DNA from: Flectonema sp. DT1601
Taxonomy: Eukaryota
Assembly: GCA_964019425.1 (NCBI GenBank)
Contig: OZ025787.1
Span: forward strand, 682,001 to 746,000
Reading direction: 5' to 3'
DNA: 64,000 bases
The notes under the pieces were generated by a model. That model was given only the letters and a program-made list of their open reading frames with translations, was not told the origin of the DNA and did not search any database. Both the position numbers and the translations under genes were made by a program. Positions 26,001 through 41,000 of this stretch are shown piece after piece (positions within the stretch are counted from its first letter, which is position 1; the number at the start of each line of letters is the position of its first letter).

Positions 26001-29000
26001 TTCCATTTGTTGACACTCTCCTCCACCTTCAGATCCAGAGCACTGAGCAATGTGACACTGAGATTGAGATTGACAAAGTAGTCCTGAGCACGTGACTTCA
26101 CCAATACACTCTCCAGAGAGACATCTGTCATTTGCTGTTGAAATACTTGAGTCATCACAAACAGTGTTATCAGGTTCTATTTCTGAAGTACATTCTCCTG
26201 TCTGAATATCACAGCTGTAGGTAGTGCACTGCATTCGCTCCGGACACGCTATGATTGTACACCAGGATACGCAAGTCGTATCGTCACCAGAAGCATCAGC
26301 ACCCGGGTTAGAAGTCTGGTGAGACAAACAGTTAACACAATTATGAAATGATACGTACTGACCAGCAGCACACAGAATTGGGTTACAACTTCTGTCAGGT
26401 TCCGCAGCGAGGTATCCGCCAGGACTTGTCGTACCGGATGGACACGGAGTACAGAAGTGACCAGTGACGGTATAATTAGCACCGCACACAACAGGGAAGC
26501 AGTCAGTGTTTCCATTGACCACCTGCGGACCTTCAGAAATCTCACCAGGTGGACACGTGGTACAAGTAGACTGAGACACATGTTCAGCTTCACTGCAAAC
26601 AACAGACTCACATTCAGTATCTCCGAGTGAAGCATCAACTCCCTCAGCGTTGAAGAGATTGCTGAACGTTCCCTCAGGACAGGATTCACAAGTACCTGAA
26701 CGGGCTCTTTGATTTAAACCACAGATGACTGACGTCACAGGTGTTCCAATAGTGGCTGTCGGTACCTCTTGGAAACCGTTGGATGCGAATTGCTGTGCAA
26801 ACTGTCCATCACCGCTATTTATATCTTCTTGAAGTGTTGTTGTCATCGTTGACTCCAATTCACTTGAAATTGATGAATCAGATGACACAGACGACGACGC
26901 CACAACGAACTCCGTAGCTAAGGAGCTGATCTGACCTCTGTGAACTGATTGCTGTTTGTTTAATGTCACGAACGTCCTCTTCGCTGGAGATGAGGAAGAG
27001 AATCCACAGACAGTACTGATACCCAATTCAGAATGAATAGAAACACAGTTCGTCCTAACAATGCAATCACGAAGACCGTGAGGTTTGCAACCAAGAGATG
27101 CACTGATACCCTCTGTGATTGACCTCAAGAAACCATCGGAGAGAGCAACATTGTTTTCGGTAATAGAAAATTGGTTGTCAAGTGAGACAGTCTTTCTACA
27201 AGCTGCTTTCGACCTTCTTCCTATTCCAGTAAAACCTTCTGGACAGACACAATACCAGTCACCAAGATTAGTGACTGCGGTATTGCTGTCACTACAGAGT
27301 TGCTCCTGACAGATATTTGAGAAGGTCACACACTCATCTAATTTACATATTGCTCGTAAGGAATTAGAGTTTACTGATATCTGTTCTTGATCTCCAGGAC
27401 ACAAACATTGGAAAGTCCCCAGCGTCATAAGATCAGAATCGACGCAGTCTTGGTCTTGACAGACTGACGAAAACTCAGTATGCTCACATTCATCAACTTC
27501 ACAACGAGCTGGACCTCTAATAACATTCTCACCTGCTGTTGGAAACAAACACTCACAGTACCAGTCTCCCTGAGCGGGGTATGTCGGAGTTGGATCAACA
27601 CATCGTTGATAAGAACCACACAAAGCTTCGCTATCTGAATTACATTCATCAAGAGAACAACTACTTTGAATTACTCCTGTCGACGCTGTTCGAACGCAGT
27701 TGTCGCAGGTACAAGTGCATAAAAAGTCATCTGTAGACCAGTGAACATTCCGAGGGTTTTGATCAGTACAGGTCTGACCAGAAATGGATTCTACTCCACA
27801 AGGGAAAGCATCACCCTCAGCAGGAATACATTCATTAAGAATAGAATCACTGTAACAAGTGTTTAAATAACAGTCCTCATAACACAGTCTGCATGAGATG
27901 GAGGATTGTTGTTCCCAACATGAAAGGCAATTACTACTACATCCTTTACAGATGTATCCAGCGAAATAAGGAGACTCACAATCCTGACCATCGTAATTAG
28001 GATCCGACAATGAAGACTTTTGTAATCCTTCTCTTGAAAATCGGAGATTCCAATCACAAATACCATTCGATAGATGAGACTTGTCAACACACAATCCCTC
28101 ATTGTCTAGTATCTGTGATACTTGACATCCAATAAAGCAGTCTGATTCTTGACATGCTACTCTACAAGGTGGACATGCATTCAAATCACCGACAGAACAA
28201 AGCTCACAAGAGTTGTCTACTGAGCAAGACTGTCTTGAACATCGCAGTGCCTGCTGCTGTGTCGCCTTGATGATTGTTTCAGTTACAGAAATAGTCTTCG
28301 TAGCGGTAGGAAATATGTCACATCCATCCATACAAAACCCGAGATCATCAACAAAGATAATCGCACCCTCAGAAGCAATGAAACCAACGTGATAGACTTC
28401 CCCAGTAGTGGTGTAATTAACGCAGAATAGCTGCAGACACTTCTCGGAGGTTTCGAAACCAATGGTTTCCGAAGTAGCAATCTGCATCTTATCAAACAAT
28501 AAAATATCAACAGAATCAGTTCTAGTCTCTGCCGCAAACATTAGTTTCAGTCCCGTGACTGGGTGGGGACCAAAACTGATGAAGGTCATATCTGTGGTTA
28601 TGAGTAATCCAATCGTGTGGTCAATCTTTTCATTTAAAATCCCATTCTCAATAAATCTGATATTCCAATGTTGAAGTGCGTTTCGAGACAGCAGTAAACC
28701 GGAAGCAATTTGCTCCCCCGAGAGTCCTAAATAGTCGAAGTGCATATCCTGAAACCCAGGGCGGAAGTATGGTACAATTCCTCCATCAAAAGAGTATTGA
28801 ACATTATCAACAACAGACATCTCTTGGTTACCTTCACTAGACGTATGTGAAACAAGAACTGCTTTATTAAAGGAATCACCAACACCATTTTCAAGACTTA
28901 GTGAAATTGATATCGTAGTAGTTAATGGATTTGGGTACTCTGAGCTGCTAACTACCAGACGGTCAGAAGAAACATCAAAAACAGAATACTCACTAAGAAA

Positions 29001-32000
29001 CCTTCCTCTAGTATCATAAAGTAATAAGTCGTACCTCACAGAAATAGGTTCGTTTCCAACAAAATAGACGTCAAGAGAGATGCTGGTGACGGGGAATACA
29101 AAATCCATTGTAAAACCTTCAGCTGTAAGTCCTAAAGTCATATCAGGTGATTCAGATATCAGACTTGATGTTATCATCGAAGAATAAAGTTCTTCACCAT
29201 TAGTGACGGGTGAGCTACCTATCGTCCCATCCTCAAAGGAAATAGTGAAGACTCCTGTTGGTACTCCTGCACCAGAATTGTCAAAGTCGTACTTCAGGGT
29301 TTCCAAAAAAACTGTTCCAGAACTCGATTGTATTGTCAAGGAGTCATAACCTCCGTTAAAATCATTAAAATGACCCTGAAATACATCCTGTCTGTGTTCT
29401 ACAGGTACTACTCGAACCGATTCAAACCCAACCTGAACTCCCAACAAGTGCTTCGTTAAAATCAAATTCGACTCAACGCTATTTGAATAAACTGAAAAGG
29501 TCAGAGAAGTAACTTCCAAGTCGAATACTATTTTCTGAGAGTCAGACAACATCCATGCAATATTACCATCTAAAGGTGATGATGAGAGAAATCTATCTCC
29601 CGTAATGAGTGTGATGCCGCTCAGCTTGAATTCATCGTATACGAAATTAGTTATTGTTTGTTGCGTCTGAATAGCTCCCCTTCTTCCTAACGCTGATGTG
29701 AAATGAGCTACTTGAACACCACTAAAGCTACTCACTAATCTGATATTATCAAACGAGTATCTCAGTGATCCAATCAGTAATTGAGATGATGTTGACACAG
29801 TAATTCGGTTAAAGAACTGATCAGTGTTTCTGAACCAACCACATCGCCATCTTCCTTGAGAAGGATCCCCACAACTAGTAGAAATCAATACTTCTTTAGA
29901 CTGCAGAAGATCATTAAATAAAAATACTTCAATTGTGATTGTCTGTTCCGCTGTAGACACAAATCGAATTATTGCATTCGACAAGATGGTTTTAAATTGA
30001 AAAGTTTGATCCAAGTCGGGAGTTACTACGATGTACGTACCGCCATCGTGACTTTCAGAAGTAGTAGTAACGATGTCATTAGAAGATGAAAACAACACCC
30101 AATTACTTTTATATAAAGAGTCTTTTCTGATTAAGTCCCTCAAGTCCGGAACAACATTTCCAATCGGATAAATTCTCTCGGCCTCAGCGAAAGTTATTTT
30201 CATCTGGTTGAGGAAAACTGTTCCCACAACTGATTCCGGCACGCTTATCGTAAAAAGATTGACGTCAGTTGCGAAGACGGTAAAACACCGCAGACTTGGC
30301 AGTTCGTAACATGTTTCTGATAAACTGATTGTGACTGACTTCACCAGAGTTCGGTCTTTAAAAAACTCAATTATGACGCCACCCACATCATTAGCAGAAA
30401 TCAATTGCATTGAAATGGCCGTGGGCATCTGATGCAAGAACCTCACTGTAGTAGTTGTGGTTAACTGTGCTGCAGGAACTGTACCAACGAGAGATATTTG
30501 GATAGTTTCTGGTGACAGGGAGACGTAACAATTTGTAAGAGAAAGGTCAGAGACTGCAATGGAATTGCCTGCATTAAAAATTCTGAAATTGACTGTAAAC
30601 TCACCTTGAGAAACGGGTGTCAGTTCAGAACCATCATAAGAGTACATCAGACTGTTGATAAATATATCACCTGCTAGTTGGGGTTCAATGAAAACAGCAA
30701 CAACATTGTGAGCTGCCGTCAGTGATAAGCGACCACAGTACTTATTTTTGTTACTTCCACATGTCTGTGATATGAAGTGCTGCTCCGTAGTCCCCACACC
30801 ACTACTTGATAACACTCTAATAGGAACCTTTTGAACTGATTTCGTTGATATTAATATCTCAGCAGACGTAACAGACGTGAAGTCGAACACCAATCTCAAC
30901 CCTGTTGATGGATATAAGGTACCAATACCTGACTGATCAATACCTCCAACAGTATTGTACTCTCCAGAGATTTCGTATATGAAATCTGATTGAAGTTGAG
31001 AGGAATCCCAAAGTGTATCTGATTGAACAATCTGAGTAAACACTCCTCGAGGTCTAACAGATAGTTTTGTAAAAGTGTATCGAATTCTCGACATTATAAT
31101 ATCCGTAGAGGCTGGTGATTGAATAAGAAGTTGATCAACGTTACTGGAAGTGACAGTAACGCACATCATTGGAGATGAGTGTAATTCACAGGGAGTTACA
31201 ATAGCGAGAGTCTCACTGTTGAATAGCGACCTCCGTCTGTAAGTAACAATTACTTCTTCAACTGTTGACACTTCAGCAGACAATACGAATATGAAATCAA
31301 GAACGGGAACCTTTCCAGAAGCCGACTGGTCATCAAATGTCATCGTCAGCTTCTCTCCTTTTGGTATTAAAATACCGAAATCGACACCTGAAAAGTCAAT
31401 CTTTGTTTCAAAAGTATTTGAAGTCACTAAAACCTGAATAATCCAACTAGAAGTCCATTCCTCCTCACTGAAGGTTGTTGGCGGAACAGTCAACTCGAAA
31501 GCTTCGTTTTTCGGTATCACATTGCTGCCATCAAAGGAGTACGTGAATTGTGACACAACTGATATTTCAGTGACCGTAATCTTCAAACAGTCAAATCCTC
31601 CTTCTGGAAAGTGAAAGAACTTTGAAAACATCAAACTACTACCAGAGTCTTCATTAATAGAAATAGTTGTGGTTGATATTAATTCACCCCTCAAGAGAAG
31701 TACTACAACACAATCTGATTGTCTCAAACTGCTCAATTCAAATTTCAATTCCGTCACCTCAACATACGTAAATATTACAACGTGTTCACCGACTCCTAAC
31801 TGCCATCCGATATTTCCTTCGTAGTCAAGAGATGTGGTGTAGTCAGATGAAATGATTGCATTTATTAGTTTAGAAGAACCTTTAAATGATTCCTCATGAA
31901 AGATAGTAGTTGGGAATTGTAGAGACAACACACCAACAGGAACAACATCAGTACCATCAAAAGAGTAATTCAGATCATCGACACACAGAGTTGGACTGTC

Positions 32001-35000
32001 AAACTCTAAACTGATCTTATCAAATCCACTCCCCACAAAGCTACTCGCGTAGAATGTTGTTCCTTTATACATTGCATTGAGTATGATTGTTTCTGTGGAG
32101 GAACTCTCTTTATTAAATTTTGTAATTATGACGTTTGTGTTTGCAACGTCGGAGTACATTACCATCCTAAAGTTAGTTACTGTCACATACGCGAAAGTTA
32201 TTACTTTGGTGTCAGACAGTTCCCAGCAGTTGCTGTCGTACGGATTAGCAGAACTGAGAGTCTCAGTTGTGATTCCTAAAGACCCTCTGGTTGACATATC
32301 TTGAATGAATTGACTGAAGAAGGCATTCGATTGGAAAGACGATTCCTCGCTAAAAGATACATCAAATTCTCCTTCCAAAGAAGCTACTGTTTCCGGAGGG
32401 TTTGGAGAGAATGCGTACCACAAGTTGTCCACGTAGCAGTTAGTGGTGTCCATGCTGCTTCTTTCGACACGAAATCGATCAAAACCAACATCATTACTCA
32501 CAATCGTTGAACAATATCCAGAACCCGACTCCACGCAGGGTATCGTCATATCGTAGCTTTCTTCATTCAATAATATTTCATCAATAAAGCTTTGAGTAAC
32601 AACAGTAACAACATCACTACAAGAAATAGTAAACCTAATCCTCGATACGGTAGATGGAATTCTCAAAGAAGAATCTGCAGTGGGATTCGAACCAAACAAC
32701 ACTTCAAAGTTGTCGAATTGTTCAATAAGCCAGGCTGGAGACGAGTCATATGTCGAACTAGTCAGAATAGGAGTAATGACTTTCTGATCATTAGCAATCA
32801 ACTGATAGATGTAATGAGATTCTACGAGAGATGTCTGATCATTAAAAGGTACTTTTAAAATGTTGTCGCCTAAGCTGACTGTGACATCACTTTCAAATGT
32901 AAAGATAACATCGTCGATAAATATATTTGTTGACGAAGTTGGTTCAACCTCAACCTGATCAACGTCATTGAGAAGTATCTGAGTACAGTACCCAACTCTT
33001 CGAGTACCTCCTGAACACTCACAACAAGCTTCAGCAGCTGTAAATTCATTGCGAAATGCGTCATTCTGACCATCAGTGGCGCAGAGATTATCAGAGGCGT
33101 AAGTCAGACAAGTCCTCCCAACAGAGTCAACCCAGGCGCCTTGTAAGTTGATACATCTAGAGTCGCATGGGTAAGAGTCCGCACGACTTTTTGTCGTTTC
33201 TGCAACAACTGTTCCGTCAACAGTTCCGAGTACCCGAAACTCAAATTGTTCCTGAAAACAAATTACCACCAGTCTGAGAGCCCGAACAGGATAAAACATG
33301 AAATCAATTCCTGCAGGTGAGCCTACCAATCCTTCAAGTGCGTTATTCCCCCTGTTATTTCTGTTAGTTAATACACCATGCCAGAGGTAAACCCACAAAG
33401 ATTGATAAGAACTACTGTCTATTACATTACTAAATGACAGATACAGTCTTCCCTTTGGAATAACAACAGCCGTTGGATCGAATGAGAATTGAACTGAATT
33501 GAGGAACAGCTGATCAGTTCGAATCCAAACAGCTGTCGAGAAAATTCGAATCTCATCCACGTCCGTTAGGACGAGAGAGTCGCAGTAGATGAGATCAGTA
33601 CACGGAAGTCCAATAATTCCATTCAGAGATACTTTCTGATGACCTCTGCGGTAACCTTCAATAGCGTAACTCCTTTCAGAGATATCAGAATCTCGTGTAA
33701 TAGAAACGACCACAACAATCGTGTGGGCTACATCGTGATTAGGAAATGTTACTATTACTTTATCAGCAGAACTCCCAGAATTTGGAATCTGGACTGCAAC
33801 AGCAGGAGAACCATCCCAAGAAGAACCTTCGACTGGTTTTAGGTCAGCGTTGTTGTTTATAAGAACTAAAGAATTCACAGTGTTGAATCTCTCAGTTAAA
33901 ACCCCAAGAGGTCGAAGTACAGAATTATCGAAAGAATAGAACACATGAGACACACGCACTCGACTTTCTGATGTTTCTATTTCAATGAAATCGACAGGAG
34001 TGTCATCAGGAAGATAGAATTGAAAACATCTGAAGGATTCGTCAGAACAGAAGTCTTCTACGTTTACAGTACTTTCAAAGACAAGTGTTCCTAATCTCAT
34101 GGTAGTTACTTTAACTGTTGCTACTCTCTCTGATGAAAGTAGAAACTTTATCCCAGTTAGAGGAATGAATTCAAACGAAATTCTAAAGATTTCATTAGGC
34201 GCTATCTCAACAGCTTTATTCTCTCCGTCATACGCTGCAGTTACTTTCACTTCTGAAATAAAATTAATACGACGATGAATTGTATAAAAGTCATTGTTGT
34301 GAACAACATCTCCGATCTCATAATCCGAAAATAAAAGAGAGAGTACACCAGTTGGTATGACAGCAGTGTTTTGATTGAAAGAGTATTGAATGTCGTCAAT
34401 CACAACTTTAATACTTTCACCTAAAAATGTTGAAGACGATATTAAAATAGAATCAACACCAGTACCTTTGTAAATGATGTTGACACCGAACAAGTTTTTG
34501 AAATATGAGAACTCTGATGTGATGAACAACTCTCTAGTTGATACTGCTTTAGCGTAGTTAAGAACTTCAATTTCAACTGAAGGAGAACTAGTGTACAACA
34601 TAATAGAATACTCATAAACTGTTTGATGAGAGAATACAATTTGTATCATTTCAGAAGATACTTTCCAACCTGGTGACTGATAAGGAGTACCATCAGTTGT
34701 TACGATGACACTAGTTGATACTCCAATACCTAACTCAACACTACCGATGTGTAATAAATATCTTTTCTTGTTGAATGCATCAGATGGTACTTCAACATCC
34801 CCTTCAGGTATTTCCAGATCATTAAAGTTCAGTACAAACAATCCTCCGTTGTCAGTCGGGAGAGGGATCTTCTCTGCACCCGCAAAGCTGTAGCTGATGT
34901 CGTAAATTTGTAATTTTGGAGGAACTGAAACACTCTCAGTTGGATTGAAAGTAATCTCAACACCAGTAGCATATAAAAACATGTTATCAAATTGACTTGT

Positions 35001-38000
35001 GAGTGTCGAACACCACCAGTCAGACTCATCAGTTGCTAACGACAGGTAGCTGCATGGTAACAACTTAAATGAATTCGAAAGAGAAAATGAAACAGTTCCA
35101 TCAAAGAACAAGAACGTGAGAGATAAAGACTCCTCAAGCATCGCAGTATACTCATCAGAAGGTATACTTCCTCGGTATTGCGATATCTCTATCAAAACAA
35201 CAGATCTCAGAGAAGTAATAGGAAGTTTGTAATTACTTTGTCCGAATGAATAAGAAAGAACACTTTTCATATCATGAACCCATGTTGGTTTATTATAATA
35301 AGAATGTAATCCACTAGAAGATGGAATCTCAGACACAACACGAAAGGATTCAATGTTTATTAAATATGAACCAGAATGAACATCTTTATTAAACAACACG
35401 TCAACTCCAACAAAATCAATCACAAACTGCTGAGTTGGTAACACAACTGTTCCATCATAAGAGAATACGAAGTTGCCTAAGAATGCGGATCCGATCACGG
35501 GTTGGATGGAAATTATTTCAACGTCCTTCTCATGAAGTAGTACACACCAAGCAATTGGTCTGCTTGACTGCGACGAACAGTCAGATATGAATTCACTGTT
35601 AGCATTCTCACTACCATTAGAAGGATCGTACGAATAAACAGACATCTTCTTAACTCCAAATGACGTCGTAGAGACAGTCAAACTAAAAGCCTCGCTGTAG
35701 ACATATATTGTCGAAAATAATTCTGTCATTGGCGCGAACATTGAGCTGAGCAGTATAGCGTCACCTTCACTCGCTGAGAATTGTGAACTACCTGACAAAA
35801 GATCAACGAATATCTCGCTTGTTAAGACTTGGTACAAATTATAATCATTCCGAAACGAATCTAAATCAACGTAGTCAGCAGCGTCTACTACTCTGACACC
35901 ATTAAATGGAAGTGCTGAAGTACTATCAAATGAGTATCTGACATTATCAACTGTCCAGACGTCATCTTCAGAACTCGACACTATTATTACGATGCTGTCA
36001 AACTCTCCATTCGATAAGTGTTCGTCTGCAACAAATGACGAGCAATAAAAACCTAACTGATGACCACACTGAATGACTAAACTCTTTTCTATAGTCCCCA
36101 CTAGATGACCATAACGATATGTTTCAATCACGAATGTAGAAAACTTCGGAGCCGTACTTGAGACATCCACAACCATCGACTTCACCAACAGCTGATTAGA
36201 AAAATAGAATTCAACTCCACCGTTAATCACTAAAGCTTTTGATCCATCATAACTGTTGGTTGTTATTGTGTTCTTTGATATATCAACTGAGTGATCTCCT
36301 TGATTTCGGGTATTCAGTAATGGATTCTCCCCAACTTCATCTGCGTTGAAATCTATTATAAATAGTCCTTCAGGAACCAACGGAGTACCATCAAATGAAT
36401 ATGATAGCTCTGAAATACCTAACAGTTCAGAACTTGATAACTTCAAACAATCATAATCACCAATTACATACAACTCGTAGCAGTATGAGGTTTCTTCAGA
36501 ATTAGAGCATCTCGTTGATGGTGTATGTGTGGTGGTGGATATCAAATCACCTGATTGCAACAGTTTTATTGTCACTACGACTTCTGCCGAGCTGCTATAG
36601 ATTAGAACTCTCAATCTTTTAATTGAAAGGAAACTGAATATTATAATCACTTCCTGATCGAATTCCCATCCGTTACTCGAAACGAAGTTACTCTCACTCC
36701 CAACTGTTCCTATAAAATTAATTAGATAATCGTCAGTATCGTAGTCAGTGGGAGTAAATGATGACTGTTCTTGATTCTTAAATACAATTCTCACAATATT
36801 TTTTGGAATCACACTTTCAATCTCATCAAACGAATATTCCATCGAAGCAAAACAAACATCAGGAGAGTCAACAGGGACGGTTATTATCATCTTATCAAAT
36901 CCTACTTCGCTATATGACGCTGCGAATTCATTTTGACTTAAATACCCGCTTTTAATTGGCAGGTCAATCGAATGTAGAATTAACCCACGGCGTGTTGTCG
37001 ATACCTTTACAATTACTTCTTCAGATGACCACAGTATTACTCTAAAACTTGATACTTTGATAAACCCAAATGATAAAGTCATCACCGTACTTTCTGATTT
37101 GTCTTTACCGACAGCTATGCAGTTTGTTTTGAAATAATTTATATCATTCCTCAACGAAATTGATTCTGATTCTACACCAAAAAAATATGAATCCCAGAAA
37201 AAGTTAGCCGACAAACTACCCGGAATTTCTTTATTTAAATTTAATTTAAATCTTCCAGAAGAACTAACCAAAACAAAAGGGTCAAATGAGAACAAAATAT
37301 CCTCAACAAATAAAGTTTCTTCATCATCACTTCCTTCAATCTCAAGTTTGTCATGCAATCCAGTAAGAAATGTCCCGCAGAAATTAGTACTCCCACAAGG
37401 GACATCTATTACTTGTTTTACTACCACACTCGAATTTCTTTGATGCTGAATCAGAATTACTTCCCTCACAGTTGTTGCAATCAGAGTCAATCGTAGCGAA
37501 TACACATTCAGCGGAACAGCATTAAAGTCATCGATTGGCAGTCCAAACTTTACAATACCACCCACCTTGCTAACCTTCCACATTCTTGAATCACTTAATA
37601 AACTTCCTGTTCTATTCACAATTATCGGATTTGGACCAAATTTACTAATGAAATGAGAATTTCCAAATGACGACGAATGAATAAACAATCTGTTGAAATC
37701 CAATTTATATGGATTGTCAGTGGGGTTCACAGAAGTACCGTCGAACGTGAAGACGACATCGTCAATGTAGATCTCGTCTCCGGAGGACACCGTGACAGCA
37801 TCGGCACCGGTCCCAGTCAACTCGACACAGTAGACGTCAGGAGCGGTCCCAGCATTGCACGCACAACAAGCCTCGGACGCAATGAACGTGTTTCTATACG
37901 CCTCATCCACACCGGCATCACCGCAACTCTCCGCGGTCTCATAGTACACGCAATTATCCCCTTGGTTGTCGGTCCACTCCACCCCCGGTGACAATTCCAA

Positions 38001-41000
38001 GTCAGAGCAGGGAACCGACGGTGGCTTGACAATGTCGCTGCCTCCGCACACAGCAGCATCATCCCCAGTCACAGCACCCGATGACACAACAGCGCCATCA
38101 TTGGTGAAGGTGTACGAGGCAGAGAAGGTCGGAGAAAACGAAACAACAACGAACCTGAAGGTTGACATCGGGAAGAACATCGTGCGGAACACGAAATCAC
38201 CAGAAGCATCAACGGCAACCGACAGACTGTTGTCGAATGAGAAATCAGAATGCCTAGCCCCCCACTCATAGATGTGATTTCCGCGATATCCGGAACCGGA
38301 TTCCACATCGTCAAATGTCGCAGCCAACCTCCCGAGAGGAACAACCGCCGTGCCGTCGAAAGAGTAACTGAGATCATCGACATAAAACGTATCCCCGGAA
38401 GGGGTGATCACAATCGTATCAAACGGACTCCCGTTCACAAACGAGTCGCAGAACATCCCCTCGCCGCACGGAATGCTGGCCCGAGTGGTGACACTCTCAA
38501 CCACGATGTCCTTCAACTTCGTCACAACCTCATAAGAGCCCTCACTGCCAGCAGAAACGTCCATCTTGAAGTCCGTCACAGCATACCCACTAAAGAATAT
38601 GTGCACCCCACCGGCTCCAGGGGGAATAACGAGGGAAGGCGACGCCGCGTAGCTCGACGAGCTGATTTCTCTCGAACCCGACAGCGTCAAGTGACTACCA
38701 GCCACATGCTGAGGTACCTCCCCAACCCCGTCGCTGTAGCTGTTGAAATCCTCAGAAACCAAACCGACAGGAATCAGATCGCTTCCGTCGTACGAAAACA
38801 CGACAGAAGTCACCCAAATGTGTTCATCAGCATCGGGGATGCTGGGCGTGGTCAGGGAAACGAAGTCTACGTCAGTCTCAGTGACAAACTCGTAGCAGTA
38901 GAACGACTCCGCAGCCGAACAACGGTTTGCGATGGAAGGGGAAGCAGTCTCCACAACAACACCCTTGTTCCTCAGTGTTACCGATATTGTGCGCAACGGA
39001 GCCCCTCCCTGCTCCAGCGACGCAAACTGAATGCGAATTCCCCTCGTGGAACGAAAGGAGAACGAGATGCCAACCTCCGCATCAGACGGGAGTTCCCAGC
39101 CTCTGCGAGTCACAACAGCACCGCTCGCCACATCGAACAGCGCATAGCAATCAGATACAACGCTGGATACTCCGATCGCTCCAATTGAATTTACCATGTA
39201 CTTCAGATTATCAAATGTGGTGTGGTCAAAGTCTGATTCGAAAGGCAGTGTCAATCTCCCCTGCGGGATCACAATCGAGCCGTCGAACGAGTAAAACACG
39301 TCGTCGACGAAAATCGTCCCGACAGTCGGGACAGTGAGAATCAGCTTGTCGAACCCTGAACCCACCCAAGTGTGCGCGTACTTCGAATTCAAACCTGATT
39401 CGAACAGGGTGATTGTTTCCGAAAGTAGAACAGAGTCCTTCCGCATTCCCTCAATCGCAACCACGATATCCGTGTCCGACCAGATCGTTACGCGAAAGTT
39501 TGAAACCGGCATGAAATCAAACGACATTTCCTTCCGCGTGAAAGGCTCGATCTTCCAAGACTGAGTGTTCAATCCAGTGTCACTTCCGATAACTTCCGTA
39601 TGATCGCCAAGACGGTTGATGTACTGCCCGACAAAGTCTGTCGACTCGAACGTCGTGCCGTCTACCAAGTCAAAATTGAGCATCTTCACACCATCGGTCA
39701 GTTCCATGCCCCCCTCATCAAATGAGAACCAGATCGTATCGATGTGCAAATTGCCAGCTGCTTCATCGGCACCAGTGATGCGAACCTTGTCAGCTGAACC
39801 CACCACGAAGGTGGAGCAATACCAAGAACCTTCGCCAGTCACGCAAGGTACATCAAGCGTCTGCGTCACTACCTCAGTTGAGGACCGGCGATGCTCCGCC
39901 ACTGTCACCGCCGTCACAGATTCCGATGCAACAGTAACGCGAAGGTGCCAAACATCCAGAGGAATGGCGCGATGCTCATCAATCGGGAGCCCGAATTCGA
40001 ACTCGGCACCAGAAGCGGAGGACACTGTCCAGCTGTTGCTTCCGTCGTAACGGGTAGCTACGCCGCTGGATACGATCCTCGTCGGACCGATTGCGTGCAC
40101 AAAGTGGCTCTCGCTGAACTGCGTACTCGTGAATGAACTCAATCCGTTGAAATCCAATTTATATGGATTGTCAGTGGGGTTCACAGAAGTACCGTCGAAC
40201 GTGAAGACGACATCGTCAATGTAGATCTCGTCTCCGGAGGACACCGTGACAGCATCGGCACCGGTCCCAGTCAACTCGACACAGTAGACGTCAGGAGCGG
40301 TCCCAGCATTGCACGCACAACAAGCCTCGGACGCAATGAACGTGTTTCTATACGCCTCATCCACACCGGCATCACCGCAACTCTCCGCGGTCTCATAGTA
40401 CACGCAATTATCCCCTTGGTTGTCGGTCCACTCCACCCCCGGTGACAATTCCAAGTCAGAGCAGGGAACCGACGGTGGCTTGACAATGTCGCTGCCTCCG
40501 CACACAGCAGCATCATCCCCAGTCACAGCACCCGATGACACAACAGCGCCATCATTGGTGAAGGTGTACGAGGCAGAGAAGGTCGGAGAAAACGAAACAA
40601 CAACGAACCTGAAGGTTGACATCGGGAAGAACATCGTGCGGAACACGAAATCACCAGAAGCATCAACGGCAACCGACAGACTGTTGTCGAATGAGAAATC
40701 AGAATGCCTAGCCCCCCACTCATAGATGTGATTTCCGCGATATCCGGAACCGGATTCCACATCGTCAAATGTCGCAGCCAACCTCCCGAGAGGAACAACC
40801 GCCGTGCCGTCGAAAGAGTAACTGAGATCATCGACATAAAACGTATCCCCGGAAGGGGTGATCACAATCGTATCAAACGGACTCCCGTTCACAAACGAGT
40901 CGCAGAACATCCCCTCGCCGCACGGAATGCTGGCCCGAGTGGTGACACTCTCAACCACGATGTCCTTCAACTTCGTCACAACCTCATAAGAGCCCTCACT

